IMG/VR virus record: IMGVR_UViG_3300033121_001619
Span: 32,001-96,000 of that record
Origin: a virus
Lineage: Duplodnaviria > Caudoviricetes
Direction: 5' to 3' (one strand)
Length of the DNA stretch: 64,000 nucleotides
Made by a program: the position numbers and the translations under genes. Numbering within the stretch: the first letter of the stretch is position 1; the number at the start of each line of letters is the position of its first letter. The notes below the pieces were generated by a model, which did not search any database, was not told the DNA's origin, and was given only the letters and a program-made list of their open reading frames with translations. Below, one piece after another: positions 48,023 to 59,698 of the stretch.

Positions 48023-49429
48023 ATGGGGATTCTCGACAGCAAGTCTCGCGTGATGGACGCTATCACGACGGTCGAAGGAAGGAGACAGCTAGCAGCTGGA
48101 ACTTTCGAAGTGTCGTACGTCACATTCACGGACGCAGGGGTCTCCTATGAGTCTGACGCAGTCGATGGACACGTCGATCCGACGGGAAGGATCTATCTCG
48201 AAGCTGCGAGTCTTCCTCAAGATCAGATAGTCTTCGAGGCGAACGATGAGGGATACTTGAATCCCGTTCGCGAATACCAGGCCTCCGGGTCCTTCCTGTC
48301 GTCGTCGATGGGAAGGGCTTCGTTGGCCAATGGACGTCTTTTTGTGTACGAAGTCCATCACGGTCGAACGGTCAAGGTCGACGACATTCGACAGGTCACG
48401 AGTGACAGCGGCAAGGGATTCGTGTACTCCGACACGACAGGTCTTACGGGAAGCATACTGATCGATCCCACGTCACGTGGTGGGAACGTGTCTGGCGGAG
48501 GACCACCCTGGATAGCTCGAGTTGGAACACGTGGTGGACTCGATGGATCTCAGTTCGCTCGATCCATAGTCTCAGCCGTCAATAGCCTGAAGACTCTGGG
48601 GGGTCCGAACGTCGTAGTCTCGTGCGTCGGAAGGAGGGTCTATTTCGACACTGGAGAGGTATACGCTCAGACGTTCATTCGGACGACTGGTAGTCTCTCG
48701 ACGCCCATGCAGGTGACGCAGGGATCGATGGGAGGATCCATCGTCGGCGAGGAGGTCGAGGAGGCCAACTTTTCGTCGCAAATAACTGGCATACTCACGT
48801 CGTCGTTCGACAATTTCTCAGACCTTCAGACGATATCGACCGTCAACAGGACGTTCCGTGACGACGCTTTCGAGCTGTCGACCAATCGACTCGAGTTCGA
48901 CTTGACGTCCATACCGCGTGATTTGTCGACGTCCATCAATCGAGCTCCTTCGTTGAACTCAGTGGATTCGCTATTCAGCGATAAGAGGGCGAGTCGACTC
49001 GAGAACTTCATGTATCTCCCGCCGATCCTGAAGACGTCCGATTCGTTGGCTCCCAACAAGAGAGACGTCACGTCCCTGAGAGCAAGGAGATTGGGAAGCT
49101 ATCCGTCGTGGGGAGACAACGAAAAGCCGGCATCATACTCTCAGATAATGCGTCGCAATGCCAGGCTTCCCCACAAGGAAGTAGTTTTCACGAGATCGTC
49201 AAGAGCGAACAACGTCATGTTGCAGTTCTTCGAGGTGTCCGGGAATTCGGTATCGAAACTGGACGTGTTGCGCTTTGGGAGGGGACAGGACTCACTCGAT
49301 CCTGGTGACGTCTACTTCATTGGAAAGGTCTACCAAGACGGGAGAGGAACGACGTGTTTTCTCAGTATTTTCACGGTGGTCTTCACTCGCCCGCGAGCGG
49401 GGTCTCTTCACGACGGTGACGGAAGATGA
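48023..49429 (+). CDS. putative virion structural protein
   Basis: The N-terminus MGILDSKSRVMDAITTVEGRRQLA is paralogous to that of 57647. Confidence 0.7.
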   Translation: MGILDSKSRVMDAITTVEGRRQLAAGTFEVSYVTFTDAGVSYESDAVDGHVDPTGRIYLEAASLPQDQIVFEANDEGYLNPVREYQASGSFLSSSMGRASLANGRLFVYEVHHGRTVKVDDIRQVTSDSGKGFVYSDTTGLTGSILIDPTSRGGNVSGGGPPWIARVGTRGGLDGSQFARSIVSAVNSLKTLGGPNVVVSCVGRRVYFDTGEVYAQTFIRTTGSLSTPMQVTQGSMGGSIVGEEVEEANFSSQITGILTSSFDNFSDLQTISTVNRTFRDDAFELSTNRLEFDLTSIPRDLSTSINRAPSLNSVDSLFSDKRASRLENFMYLPPILKTSDSLAPNKRDVTSLRARRLGSYPSWGDNEKPASYSQIMRRNARLPHKEVVFTRSSRANNVMLQFFEVSGNSVSKLDVLRFGRGQDSLDPGDVYFIGKVYQDGRGTTCFLSIFTVVFTRPRAGSLHDGDGR

Positions 49430-51858
49430 CGATATCAATCAAGACATCGACCACTACCTCGAAGCCGGCTGGCGTCTCCAAGGTGGGAACGTCGATATTG
49501 AGCGTCAATCCTCTCACGTACGCGGAGCTGACCGACCTCCGCAACGGAGGAAAGACCTTGAGGTTCGATCTGACGTTCTCCCTATCTCTCCTGGATTACA
49601 AAGTCCTCCAGTACGAAAAGGTGGAAGTCACGGTCAAACGACCCACAGATTTCGACTCATCCGCAAAGGACGTCAAGAGAGGAGTCAAGTCGACGACCAA
49701 TTCCCCATCAAAGAAGACGGTTGCGGAGAAGCTGTACTCTGGCATCAACTCATCGTTCGATGCTTCACAGACGGAGAAATTCGCGTACAAGACTTCCACG
49801 GTCGTCTCCGACGACGTCAAGGACGCACTATCGTCTCATCATTACGTCGCCGAACTAAGGCAAGGACAGACGATCAAGTTCTTTCCGGAGAAGTCCAAGA
49901 TCGATCGCTTCAATCTGGTCCAATCCGTCAACGATTTGGGGATCGATCCATCCGAGGTCGCGACTCGAGATTGGACGAAGATCGGCCGCCGCGCCGCTTT
50001 CCTGAAGGACATAGAGTCATTCTTCCTGAGGACAGTCCCAGCACGAGTCACCTACGACAACGTCTTGAGATACGATAGGGTCCCGAAGCGACCGACTTAC
50101 GTCGACGTCACTGTGCCCGTCTACGTCGATTCGTCGGATCGCTCTTCGATCATGACGATCAGGTTCGATCTCATCAATTCCAAGACGAACAAGATCGACG
50201 AGACGGTGTCGGTACAGCTCGACGTGTCCGGACACGTCGAAGCATACGGACAGTTGCGAGACGACCCGATGATAACCGCGCAGCGGGTCGCGGCTCCCTC
50301 GTCCAGGACGTCTCATGAGCGCTACGTCGTGTCCATCTCCGAGAAGAACAAGACTTCTGGCGTCAAGAAGTATGCTGTGTACACCAAGGGGATTGATCGG
50401 TTTGGATCGACCACCGGGTATTCGCTGTATGGAACGTTCGAGAAGACGCACGACATCGTCGAAGTAGTGATCGATCCGAAGTACAGAGTGGAGGTAGTTC
50501 GTGTCGTTCCCATCGATGCGCAGAATCGTCTATCTCACAGATTCGGATCTGTCGTGCTGGGACACGGCCACGAAGACATCGGAAATGTCGTCTCGATAGT
50601 CTCTACGACGGGCAATTCCGTGCGCCTCGAGGTCAAGAACATACCCGAAACGTGTTCGATAGTCACGATCATGAAGCGTGACTGCACGATATCACCTGAG
50701 ATTCACTTCTCTCGCGTGCACTCCGAGCGATCGTCGGGTGCCGATTCTTACACGTACGTCGATCGAGACGTATTGGCCGGCAGGACGTACGAGTACTACG
50801 TCTCTTGTCAGTGCCACTCGAAGACCACGCCTGAGTTCGTGATAAACTCGAACTCGGTCATGTACAGGCATCGAACATCAGCCCTATCACGCGAGGGTAC
50901 CAAACCCATCGACGTGGCGCTGACGTCTCCGACAACGTCCCTGGACTCCCAGGGAGCTCCCAGAGTATCTTTCTCCCTGAGTACGACGACTACCCAGGGC
51001 GAGAATGAGAAAATTACGACAATCCTGAAGGAGACGCTGGGGGAGCTCTACAACCAATACTTGAATCCTGCTAACAATCCGTCGTCTCCTCTCGGGAGTC
51101 AAGTCTATCGTGACATCTTCTTCCACGAAGTCGTGCGCACTAATCTGTCGACGGGCGAACGGGAGACATTCGACCCGGTCGGTGATGGACAGTTCGTTGA
51201 TGACGAGACTAGTCGAAGAAAGTCGAACATCTCGCCACTGAATCCCCAACATCGTTATCTCTATCAGGTCCACACGTTTCGCAAGAATCCCATCGAGCTC
51301 TTCAAGGGATACGTCGCCAGAGGATTGACGCGATCCGGAGCCGAATGGTTCTTCAGTCCCTACAAGTGGAGGAATTCCCAAGCCATCCAGGGTCAGCTAT
51401 ACGGAGAGGACGAAGATGGGCCCGTCATAGAAGCTTGGGAGTCGTTCACGTCTGAATCGTACGGTGTCACGAATTCCTACACGTCGAATGGAAGCACTGA
51501 ATTCACTTCAGTGTCTTCGATCACAGTCGTGCGTCTAGACGTCAACACGATTCGTCTCTCTTGGACGATACCGAAAGGATCTGCTCCCCTGTACGATTCC
51601 TTCGTGGTCATGAAAGTCGTCAATGGCGTCAGGTCATTCGTTGGAAGGACTCACACGACGCGGTTCTATCATGAACTGACCGAAAAGGACGTCGGGAATG
51701 TCCACTACATCGTCTGTCCCATCATGTCCGAATTCGACATTGATGACCCAGCGTACTCTTCCACGATCACCGTAACACCGACCGGCATAATCAAACAGAC
51801 CAAGGCTCCTTCGGGCTCGGTGGCGACTCCCACGAAAGTCCCCCAGCAGAATCTCTGA
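49426..51858 (+). CDS. putative virion protein with FN3/Ig-like repeats
   Basis: 810 aa; YTYVDRDV...GRTYEYYV and LSWT...YYIV motifs. Confidence 0.7.
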   Translation: MTISIKTSTTTSKPAGVSKVGTSILSVNPLTYAELTDLRNGGKTLRFDLTFSLSLLDYKVLQYEKVEVTVKRPTDFDSSAKDVKRGVKSTTNSPSKKTVAEKLYSGINSSFDASQTEKFAYKTSTVVSDDVKDALSSHHYVAELRQGQTIKFFPEKSKIDRFNLVQSVNDLGIDPSEVATRDWTKIGRRAAFLKDIESFFLRTVPARVTYDNVLRYDRVPKRPTYVDVTVPVYVDSSDRSSIMTIRFDLINSKTNKIDETVSVQLDVSGHVEAYGQLRDDPMITAQRVAAPSSRTSHERYVVSISEKNKTSGVKKYAVYTKGIDRFGSTTGYSLYGTFEKTHDIVEVVIDPKYRVEVVRVVPIDAQNRLSHRFGSVVLGHGHEDIGNVVSIVSTTGNSVRLEVKNIPETCSIVTIMKRDCTISPEIHFSRVHSERSSGADSYTYVDRDVLAGRTYEYYVSCQCHSKTTPEFVINSNSVMYRHRTSALSREGTKPIDVALTSPTTSLDSQGAPRVSFSLSTTTTQGENEKITTILKETLGELYNQYLNPANNPSSPLGSQVYRDIFFHEVVRTNLSTGERETFDPVGDGQFVDDETSRRKSNISPLNPQHRYLYQVHTFRKNPIELFKGYVARGLTRSGAEWFFSPYKWRNSQAIQGQLYGEDEDGPVIEAWESFTSESYGVTNSYTSNGSTEFTSVSSITVVRLDVNTIRLSWTIPKGSAPLYDSFVVMKVVNGVRSFVGRTHTTRFYHELTEKDVGNVHYIVCPIMSEFDIDDPAYSSTITVTPTGIIKQTKAPSGSVATPTKVPQQNL

Positions 51859-51864
51859 GGAGAA

Positions 51865-54800
51865 ATGACGTTCATACCTGCCAAGAAGAAATCTCAAGCC
51901 GCCGCCGGCGGATCTATCGGACAAGCTCAAGTCTCCGGGATCGTGGTCGAGAATTACGAGAAGGGATCCGGATCGACGATAGTCAAGTCGGTGACGTCGC
52001 CCAAGCCCATCCTTCCAAAGAAGGTCTTCGATGAAATGGCATCAGATGCCACCGAAGAAGTCGTAGTTGGTGACTCGTATTCACACGACATACAAGCCAA
52101 GATAGATCCGGTCGCAAAGGCATACGAGTCTTTCGTCGGAACGCCCATGACGGCTCCCGTCATAGTCATGACGTCTGAGTTCGTTCCTCTCGTCGGTAGA
52201 GTTGAGGAGAAGATATCGATCGACGAAACATCGAGCGTCGTGTCTGCGGTCACGGCTCTCTCCGCCCTGGAGGAATTCGACGAGGTAGTCGACGAAATCA
52301 TCGCCACTAAGAAGTCGATCAAGGAGCGTCTCGTCGGTCTCGAAGAGTCCCTTTCAGGCATCGATGCTCGCCTCGCTGACGTCGATACAGCTCTCAACGT
52401 CCGGACTCTTTCACTGGGTCGATCGGTCGGAAGCTTGAGTGACGTCCTAGTGAAGTCGGGCTATCCGCAGTCCTCGGTGGCGAAATTTGCCAACACGAAA
52501 TTGTGGATGCAAGCGACGATAGAGCTCAAACGAGCACTCCTCGCCGGAAGTCCCGTCCTCTTTTCGTCCACGGCCAATCGACAACCAGATCAAGCTGACA
52601 CCGACGATAGTGAGAGGATATTGTCAGATGTCACGCGAACACCGAGCGATTACGCACGCGTCTGGATAAACCCGTACTCCAACTTCGACCTGCCGTCGAT
52701 AGCGTCGTTTTCTTCTACATCGACATTGAAGACAGCCCGAGACCAATTGATAGCTCGATCGTCGAAATTGTACGTCAGTTTGGCCATTGCCAACATGACC
52801 AAAAAGTCTCCGGACTCTCCTCAGACGCAGGTCTTCGACGCCGGCGGCATCTTGAGTGCCTATTCAGGCGACATGCTCAATCAGTACGTGTCGTCTGGAC
52901 GAGACATCTCCATCTTGTCGTCCATCTTGCGAAAAGAGGTCACGTACTCGACCTTCATGTCGTCTCAAGCGAACAGGACGTGGTTGGCTTCCGTCGTCGG
53001 CTATAGCGTTTCATCCAACGATAACTTCACCGTCCTCGATCATCTATTGGGACGATTTCCTCGCTCGATTGACGAGTTTTCGGACACTCCGATAGGTCTC
53101 GGTAACTCTCTCTCGAGTTTCTCGCAGGAGTCGCCGGTGGTCGATGGAATTCGTCGACGCGTGATGACGTTCGAAAAGAGAGTCCCTGACGGCACAACTT
53201 CCGGACGTTCTTACTACGTCGATGGGACTTTGACGACCGCAGATGGATTGAAATTCGATACGTCGAGGATCAATGCACTCATAACACGTGTTTCTCGCGT
53301 CAGTGACGTCATATCGAAGATAGCGCTCATGGCTGGACTGTCCTCGTCGACGGACAAGTCGGGTCGTCTGACGATTTTCCGCGACTCTGAGTTCGGAGAG
53401 TTCGACATAGACACCATAGCGACTCATCTCGAGCCCTTGCGCCAGATATACGACAAGGTCATCACGACAGGGAACGTGTACGATCAAACGACGGGTGAGT
53501 CGTATGATGGTCTCAAGGTAGACGTCGAGGAATTCAAGGGGTTGACCCAAGACGAACGCGACTCATTCAGATGGCCGGCCATGTTGTGCAAGGCATGCGT
53601 TCAGCCTGTGACATCGGGTTATGACGTCGACGATCTCAAGACGCATGTCTTCGCATGGATGATGAATTTGGTGCTGTCGAGGGCCGACGGAGCGCAGAAT
53701 CTCGACGTGACACGAAAGGCACGTCTAGACGTCGACAACTTCGTGGCGACACGCGTCCTGAACAAGAAGATTCCTCTTAGCGACCTCGCGTATCTCTTCT
53801 CCGAGGCTCACGGTCTGACATTCGTCACCAAGATCACGACGACTCTTGGAGGAGACTATGCCGAGGCGTCGGAGGCTATGAAGTTTGGAGATAAGGCGTC
53901 GGATGTCGAGACGAGATCGCTTCTCGGATCCGATGGTCAACCCGTGGGCCTGTGGAAGATCATAAGAGACCTGATGATTCAGGCGTACACGAACAAGAGC
54001 GCGTACTCGGGCGACGTGACAAGCTTTAGCGGGATCGGAAAAACGGCATACATGTATGCGTACTTCGATCTATTGATGAGATGCGTCGCAGCTCTCACGC
54101 CCGAGAGCCTAGAAGGAAAGTTCCAGCACACGTCGAAGACGTCTTCCACCACCACGACCACGCTGGAGGGATACGCCGTGTACATGCTCACCGACGATGC
54201 GGTGAATGACACGTACGTTCGATCACCCGATGGTCTCAACTCGAAGCGTCTCAAGTCTGCCATTGACGTGAGAGACGCCGACGATGAATTCGTCGCCGAC
54301 ACGTTGGCGATCTTCTGGACGATCGTCGACACGATAGGAAAGACGTCGAAATCTCTGGTGAGATACGTCGAGAAGGATTTCTCAACTTACCTCCAGACGA
54401 TCAGAGGAGTCATCTCGTCTCTTAACGCCCGGGCGGAGACGAGACTGGCAGTGGAGAATTTGGCTTTCACTGAGGGTCAGGTCTCCCTGACACGACACGC
54501 GATATCAGAGATGATAGATCGCATCGATCTCGAGGAGCAGTCCCACGACGTCGTCAGATCGAGTCCCATCATGTCGGACGTCAGTGACGTAGCGATGCTA
54601 TTCATGCCCGTGAGCATGTCGGACCTCCTCTCTTACGAGACGTTCTCATCGTATTTCCGATCACAGCAATTCTCTCCCAAGTCCGGATGGAACAAGAGGA
54701 TCATGTCCGTCGGAATACCTCCACGCGCCGTGAGGTCTCTCTCCGGAGCTGTTTCTAGAGAGAACAAGACAGGACAGTCGGTGATTCGAGTCAAGGTCTA

Positions 54801-55659
54801 CATGAAGGACCTCCTGCATCCTGACGTTGTGTACCTTCCTCGCTCCTATCTTTTTGATATGCGTCGTTATCCCACGCGGTGCCCAGCACATTGGGGAGAC
54901 GCGATGAGGGATGACGACGAGATCAACATCTTGTCAATTCCCAGCAAGCTGGTGTCGAACGGTGAGGTGACGGTCTGTCGTGACTACAACAGCGGCTATC
55001 CTGGTTCGATGTATCCGTCCGGTCTCTTCGACGAATCCGAACGTTTGGAGATGTACGCCAACTGCTCCATCAGTTTTCTCGTCGAGGAATACATGCGATG
55101 GTTCACACGATGTCGATTTGACGAATCGACATACACTCGATTCGGAGACACTGATAGCGTCCTAGAAAATGTCAAGATTCAGACTCCACGACTCTCCTCT
55201 CCACCCAAGAAGTCTAGACAGACTTCACCGGCGGACACATCGATCAAGTACACCGATCCAGCGAGCGGAGTCACCTATCACGTTCCTACGACGAAGAAGA
55301 AGAATTCGATCCAACAAGACGTCATCGATGCCAAACGTTATGACATCCCGATGACGCAGACGTTGCACGAATATCTGAAGAATCTCACCTTCATGGCTGG
55401 CTCCGACGTAGTTTTGGAAAGGGTCGTGCATCCTCGTAAGTTCGACAGGGTGTTCAATCTCATCGTCGATCCTGATGATTTCCTCGTCGACGTTGACGCC
55501 ACCGGGCAAGAGACGTGTCGACGTCTCACGCGATTCGGCGTGTTGACCGACCTAGGAGGATCTTATCGCTCGAAGGAGCGTACTTCAGGTGACGTCACGT
55601 TCGAAGAGTACTTTGTCACCATGGAACCGTATGACTACGTCGATGAGGCTCCGGTATGA
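51865..55659 (+). CDS. large hypothetical (putative virion) protein
   Basis: 1264-aa ORF in the structural operon. Confidence 0.75.
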   Translation: MTFIPAKKKSQAAAGGSIGQAQVSGIVVENYEKGSGSTIVKSVTSPKPILPKKVFDEMASDATEEVVVGDSYSHDIQAKIDPVAKAYESFVGTPMTAPVIVMTSEFVPLVGRVEEKISIDETSSVVSAVTALSALEEFDEVVDEIIATKKSIKERLVGLEESLSGIDARLADVDTALNVRTLSLGRSVGSLSDVLVKSGYPQSSVAKFANTKLWMQATIELKRALLAGSPVLFSSTANRQPDQADTDDSERILSDVTRTPSDYARVWINPYSNFDLPSIASFSSTSTLKTARDQLIARSSKLYVSLAIANMTKKSPDSPQTQVFDAGGILSAYSGDMLNQYVSSGRDISILSSILRKEVTYSTFMSSQANRTWLASVVGYSVSSNDNFTVLDHLLGRFPRSIDEFSDTPIGLGNSLSSFSQESPVVDGIRRRVMTFEKRVPDGTTSGRSYYVDGTLTTADGLKFDTSRINALITRVSRVSDVISKIALMAGLSSSTDKSGRLTIFRDSEFGEFDIDTIATHLEPLRQIYDKVITTGNVYDQTTGESYDGLKVDVEEFKGLTQDERDSFRWPAMLCKACVQPVTSGYDVDDLKTHVFAWMMNLVLSRADGAQNLDVTRKARLDVDNFVATRVLNKKIPLSDLAYLFSEAHGLTFVTKITTTLGGDYAEASEAMKFGDKASDVETRSLLGSDGQPVGLWKIIRDLMIQAYTNKSAYSGDVTSFSGIGKTAYMYAYFDLLMRCVAALTPESLEGKFQHTSKTSSTTTTTLEGYAVYMLTDDAVNDTYVRSPDGLNSKRLKSAIDVRDADDEFVADTLAIFWTIVDTIGKTSKSLVRYVEKDFSTYLQTIRGVISSLNARAETRLAVENLAFTEGQVSLTRHAISEMIDRIDLEEQSHDVVRSSPIMSDVSDVAMLFMPVSMSDLLSYETFSSYFRSQQFSPKSGWNKRIMSVGIPPRAVRSLSGAVSRENKTGQSVIRVKVYMKDLLHPDVVYLPRSYLFDMRRYPTRCPAHWGDAMRDDDEINILSIPSKLVSNGEVTVCRDYNSGYPGSMYPSGLFDESERLEMYANCSISFLVEEYMRWFTRCRFDESTYTRFGDTDSVLENVKIQTPRLSSPPKKSRQTSPADTSIKYTDPASGVTYHVPTTKKKNSIQQDVIDAKRYDIPMTQTLHEYLKNLTFMAGSDVVLERVVHPRKFDRVFNLIVDPDDFLVDVDATGQETCRRLTRFGVLTDLGGSYRSKERTSGDVTFEEYFVTMEPYDYVDEAPV

Positions 55660-57632
55660 CGCAAGGATTCAATACAAAACCCCTCGGTAGCACCTCATCG
55701 GGCGTCAAGTCTCAACCGTCCAAGACGAAATCTTCGTCATCGGTCGCTGGAGTCTCCAAGACGGGAGTGACCGAGTCGTCTCCCATAGACTACGTCGGGA
55801 CACTTTCGCCCACCAAGAGCGAGCAATCTGACCCATCCAGGTCCATCGATCTGATCAACATACCCGAGATCAAGTCGATACTGTGCACATTCACGTACAA
55901 CCACTTCACACGTGACGAGAGGATAACACCTCCTAGAACTGTGTTCAGTGGAGGTGAGGAGAAACCTCGAGACAAGATAGCGCGATACGTGACGGTGTCG
56001 TGGCAGCCTCCTGCTAGAAAGTCGATGGGATCCTCAACGACGAAGTCGAGGATTGGTACGATATACGAGAACAGGGACGTAATCGTATCAGAAGACGATT
56101 CGTTGAACCCGGATTACGTCGATCACACGTATTCAGACGATGAAGCAATAACGCGTGCCGCGACCGATCTCGAGCTATACGACAAGATGGTGGGTAGAGG
56201 CAACGAAAGTCTGACGTCCATGGCGGTCGATCGTTTGACCTCCCTTGGGTCTCATGCCGGTGAGAGAGACGTCGCAAAGCTGGATCGATTGTCGAAAACT
56301 CTCATGAGAGTCATCGATGATCCTCAGGAAAATCTCGGTCTGACGGTGACACCAAGCGACCCCGCCAGAGTCCTAGAATCCGGCGACGACGACGTCACGC
56401 TTCACGTCAAGGTCCACGGATCCGTCGTCTCGGACGTCTTCGCCAATTCCCACCTGAAGTCGTCCGACTCTTCGTTGGCTTCAATCAGGAGATCTTCGTC
56501 GAGAGTCAGATCTGGTACGTCACGTCCTGAGAGACAAGCCTTGAGCGTAGTGGAGATACTCACTTCTCAGGCAGAGAAGGAGAGGCTAACTCGCCCTGTC
56601 GAAATGATCGGTTACATCGTGTCTCGCTACGTTCAGACGCGCAACGGGTTCGTACCGGACGACGTCTTCTACGTCGAGGATCCATCAACGACGTCGATCA
56701 TCGATCCTGGCGTCATGTACGGGAAGACATACTTGTATGCCGTTCGAGTCGTGTTTGCCGTGGAGATGTTGGCACGCGATGGTGATCGGGTGGTACCAGC
56801 GTGCGTGTATGTCTCGTCTCGCTCCGTGACGAAAGTAATGAAGACCGAGGAGTCCACGCCGCCCCCGGAACCGACGTCGCCCAGATTCACTTACGACTTC
56901 ATCGATAGACGTCTGACGATCCACTGGGACATGCCCGTGAATCCCCAAGACGACGTCAAGCAATTCCAGGTCTTTCGACGAAAGACGATCGGAGAGCCTT
57001 TCGAACTCATCTGTCAGTATTGCTTCGACGACACAATCGTCTCGGGCGATGCATCGCGTGCACTCACGGGCGAGAGAGTCGATGGCAACTCGTCGACCAT
57101 GACCGACGAAGAGAGATCCCATGTGAAATACTCGCCAGTCCCAGTCTTCTCGCACACGGACGACGATTTCTATGTCGATCCTGAGACGCGGGAGTCGTCG
57201 AGGTACATCTACGCAATCGCTAGTGTGGATGCCCACGGTCTGATATCGAATTACTCCGCGCAGGTCGAGGTGTCGTACGATCAGTTCTCCAATCGCTTGA
57301 CGTCTAAAGTGGTGGCGGACTCCGGATCTCCAAGACAGTACCCTAACATGACGCTTGCTTTGGATGCCTTCAAGGACGCCGTCTTCATCGATGGTCCCGG
57401 ATCTCGAAGGATGGACGTCTACATGGCACCTGACTTCTTGAAAGTCAAGGATCCTGCGAGGGGAGACGACATACAGGTCGTCGCCGGATCATCGCCCGAT
57501 AGACCAGCTAGTTTCTACGTGTTTCAGATGATCAATCTCGACAACCAGAAGACGCAAATCTTGGAGGTCGAGATCAAGGATACCCACCGCCGCACGTCTC
57601 CTGTGAAATTGGGAGCCCCGCTGGATAGGTAG
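55656..57632 (+). CDS. putative virion protein with FN3-like domains
   Basis: IDPGVMYGKTYLYAV, PPPEP, IHWDMP and YIYAIASVDAHGLISNYS motifs. Confidence 0.75.
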   Translation: MTQGFNTKPLGSTSSGVKSQPSKTKSSSSVAGVSKTGVTESSPIDYVGTLSPTKSEQSDPSRSIDLINIPEIKSILCTFTYNHFTRDERITPPRTVFSGGEEKPRDKIARYVTVSWQPPARKSMGSSTTKSRIGTIYENRDVIVSEDDSLNPDYVDHTYSDDEAITRAATDLELYDKMVGRGNESLTSMAVDRLTSLGSHAGERDVAKLDRLSKTLMRVIDDPQENLGLTVTPSDPARVLESGDDDVTLHVKVHGSVVSDVFANSHLKSSDSSLASIRRSSSRVRSGTSRPERQALSVVEILTSQAEKERLTRPVEMIGYIVSRYVQTRNGFVPDDVFYVEDPSTTSIIDPGVMYGKTYLYAVRVVFAVEMLARDGDRVVPACVYVSSRSVTKVMKTEESTPPPEPTSPRFTYDFIDRRLTIHWDMPVNPQDDVKQFQVFRRKTIGEPFELICQYCFDDTIVSGDASRALTGERVDGNSSTMTDEERSHVKYSPVPVFSHTDDDFYVDPETRESSRYIYAIASVDAHGLISNYSAQVEVSYDQFSNRLTSKVVADSGSPRQYPNMTLALDAFKDAVFIDGPGSRRMDVYMAPDFLKVKDPARGDDIQVVAGSSPDRPASFYVFQMINLDNQKTQILEVEIKDTHRRTSPVKLGAPLDR

Positions 57633-57646
57633 ACTGGAGGAAAGAC

Positions 57647-58393
57647 ATGGGATTTCTAGACAACTCGACGAACAACCTCATCATTGACGCAGTCCTGACG
57701 GATTATGGTCGTCAGCTCTTGGCTCAGGCGAACGGATCTTTCAACGTCAAGTACTACGCATTCGGTGACGATGAGGTCGATTACCGTCTGATCAAGCGAT
57801 ATGGGAGGACGGTCGGCAAGGAGAAGATCGAGAAGAACACTCCGATCCTCGAGGGCATCACGAACCCAGCTGTCGCCTTGAAGTACAAGCTTGTCGGTCG
57901 TGAGACGTCGGGAGAGACGTCGGCGGCATTCATGCCAATCCTTCAGACGACATCGACGCCAGCTCTGGTCAAGAACACCCAGTCGTCCTACACGGTGACG
58001 GTCGATCTCTACTACAACAACTCGACGGGAGCCGCAGTACCAGTAGAACTCATCCAGCCCGTGTACAAGATAGCTGTGTCCGATAGGTTCTTCACCATAA
58101 CGGATTCCGGGATGGGTAGGATAACAGCTCCTGCAGCTGGATCGTCGATGATAAATGCGGGAGATCCGAACAGGACGGTCACGTACACGTACACCGTGAC
58201 GAACAATTCCACATCGATATCTTTCGTCGTCACCGCCAAGAACATCGACAACACGACGCTGTCGGTGTATGGGAAGAGGATCAACTCCACTTCGTCGACC
58301 AGAGAGATCACAAGCTACATCACGGTCACGGGGGAGAGACATGGATGCACCATCAACATACCCGTGACTTACAGGGCTTCTCTCACCTTATAG
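57647..58393 (+). CDS. putative tail/baseplate structural protein
   Basis: MGFLDNSTNNLIIDAVLTDYGRQLLA...YAFGDDEVDY. The gene ends TTA TAG. Confidence 0.8.
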   Translation: MGFLDNSTNNLIIDAVLTDYGRQLLAQANGSFNVKYYAFGDDEVDYRLIKRYGRTVGKEKIEKNTPILEGITNPAVALKYKLVGRETSGETSAAFMPILQTTSTPALVKNTQSSYTVTVDLYYNNSTGAAVPVELIQPVYKIAVSDRFFTITDSGMGRITAPAAGSSMINAGDPNRTVTYTYTVTNNSTSISFVVTAKNIDNTTLSVYGKRINSTSSTREITSYITVTGERHGCTINIPVTYRASLTL

Positions 58394-58405
58394 GATTGGA
58401 ATCAC

Positions 58406-59698
58406 ATGTCGACCCAAAAGCAGCTACTTCCATCCGACAAGAAGGTGACTCGAACGTTCTTGACGCAGCTCATAGACGTCATCCAGGAGGACGTATCGTC
58501 GTCAGCTTCGCGCAGGAAGTATCAGTCGTTCGTGACTGGAGGCATCGGACCCGGGGTGACGTCGAGTCTGTTTCAGACCGTATACGACCAAGATTTCACC
58601 CTACAGACTGCCAACCCGGTCTTCGACATAACGTTCGGTCTCGCGCCACCCGACGTCAACGTCGATGGTATAGCCGCAACGACATCGACGGCTGTGGACG
58701 ACGGTGGCAAGTATCTTTATCCGAGCAGCTCTCTCATGATGAGAGAGAAGACGGACATTTACGGTCAATTCTCACAGATTCTCCTCGGAGACAGGGGAGA
58801 GACTTTCAAACTGCCAGTCGATCCAACGTTCACGACGTCTCAGACGACGACCGACATCGATGCCGCACTGTTCATCGCCTTCAAGCGTCTCTTCTCGCGC
58901 GATCAGATCAAGCGTGAGACCTTCGCGATGAAGTTCTATCAGACCGCTTCCTACGTCAGCACCATCGCCGGACAGGACACGCCTCCGGCAGCCGATTCCA
59001 GCGGAGTGACGAACATCTACCGGACTTCGACGACAGGCTCGGCGATCTACACCGACATAGGATCTTCGGATTCTCGCTTCTTCAGCGTGGGTGGACAGTA
59101 CGGATACCTCGTCAACGCTGCCAACACGTCGAACGCCGTCGGCCTGATCTACTACGATCATGGCATCGTCGTCCTCGACATCGAGAAGGTCACGTCAGGA
59201 TCTCAGTTCATATCGGGAACCATCTCTGCCATGAACTCCCTGGGACAGACGGTCCTCGGAGGCGCTGGGACCGAGACAGCATACACGGCGAAGGTCGTCC
59301 CAGATCTCTTGACGTCCGGATCGATCGACGACGTGATCGATCACTTCAGCTACGCTCGATTCGGAAGCGGCACTCAGACGGCGTTCACGTTCCAGAACTC
59401 GACGTACATCAACTCGTCACTGATCTTCTGCAACGCCCTGCCAGACGATTTCAATTACTCTTCGAATCCCACGTACACCGAGGAGAGCGGAGACTTCAAG
59501 GGTAGACTGACGATATACGATCCCGCCCTTCCAGAGGAGTCTCAGGAGCCTTTTGCCTTCATCACCACGATCGGCCTGTATGACAACACGGGAGGGTTGG
59601 TGGCTGTGGCGAAACTCAGCCGGCCCGTGGAAAAGAATCCTGGGCGAAACCTTTCATTTAGGGTCCGGACTGACTATTTATGTCAGTCATACGTGTGA
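58406..59698 (+). CDS. putative tail/baseplate structural protein
   Basis: C-terminal FNYSSNPT...ITTIGLYD...VAVAKLSRPVEK...RVRTDY, then TTA at 59678-59680 overlapping the next ATG. Confidence 0.8.
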   Translation: MSTQKQLLPSDKKVTRTFLTQLIDVIQEDVSSSASRRKYQSFVTGGIGPGVTSSLFQTVYDQDFTLQTANPVFDITFGLAPPDVNVDGIAATTSTAVDDGGKYLYPSSSLMMREKTDIYGQFSQILLGDRGETFKLPVDPTFTTSQTTTDIDAALFIAFKRLFSRDQIKRETFAMKFYQTASYVSTIAGQDTPPAADSSGVTNIYRTSTTGSAIYTDIGSSDSRFFSVGGQYGYLVNAANTSNAVGLIYYDHGIVVLDIEKVTSGSQFISGTISAMNSLGQTVLGGAGTETAYTAKVVPDLLTSGSIDDVIDHFSYARFGSGTQTAFTFQNSTYINSSLIFCNALPDDFNYSSNPTYTEESGDFKGRLTIYDPALPEESQEPFAFITTIGLYDNTGGLVAVAKLSRPVEKNPGRNLSFRVRTDYLCQSYV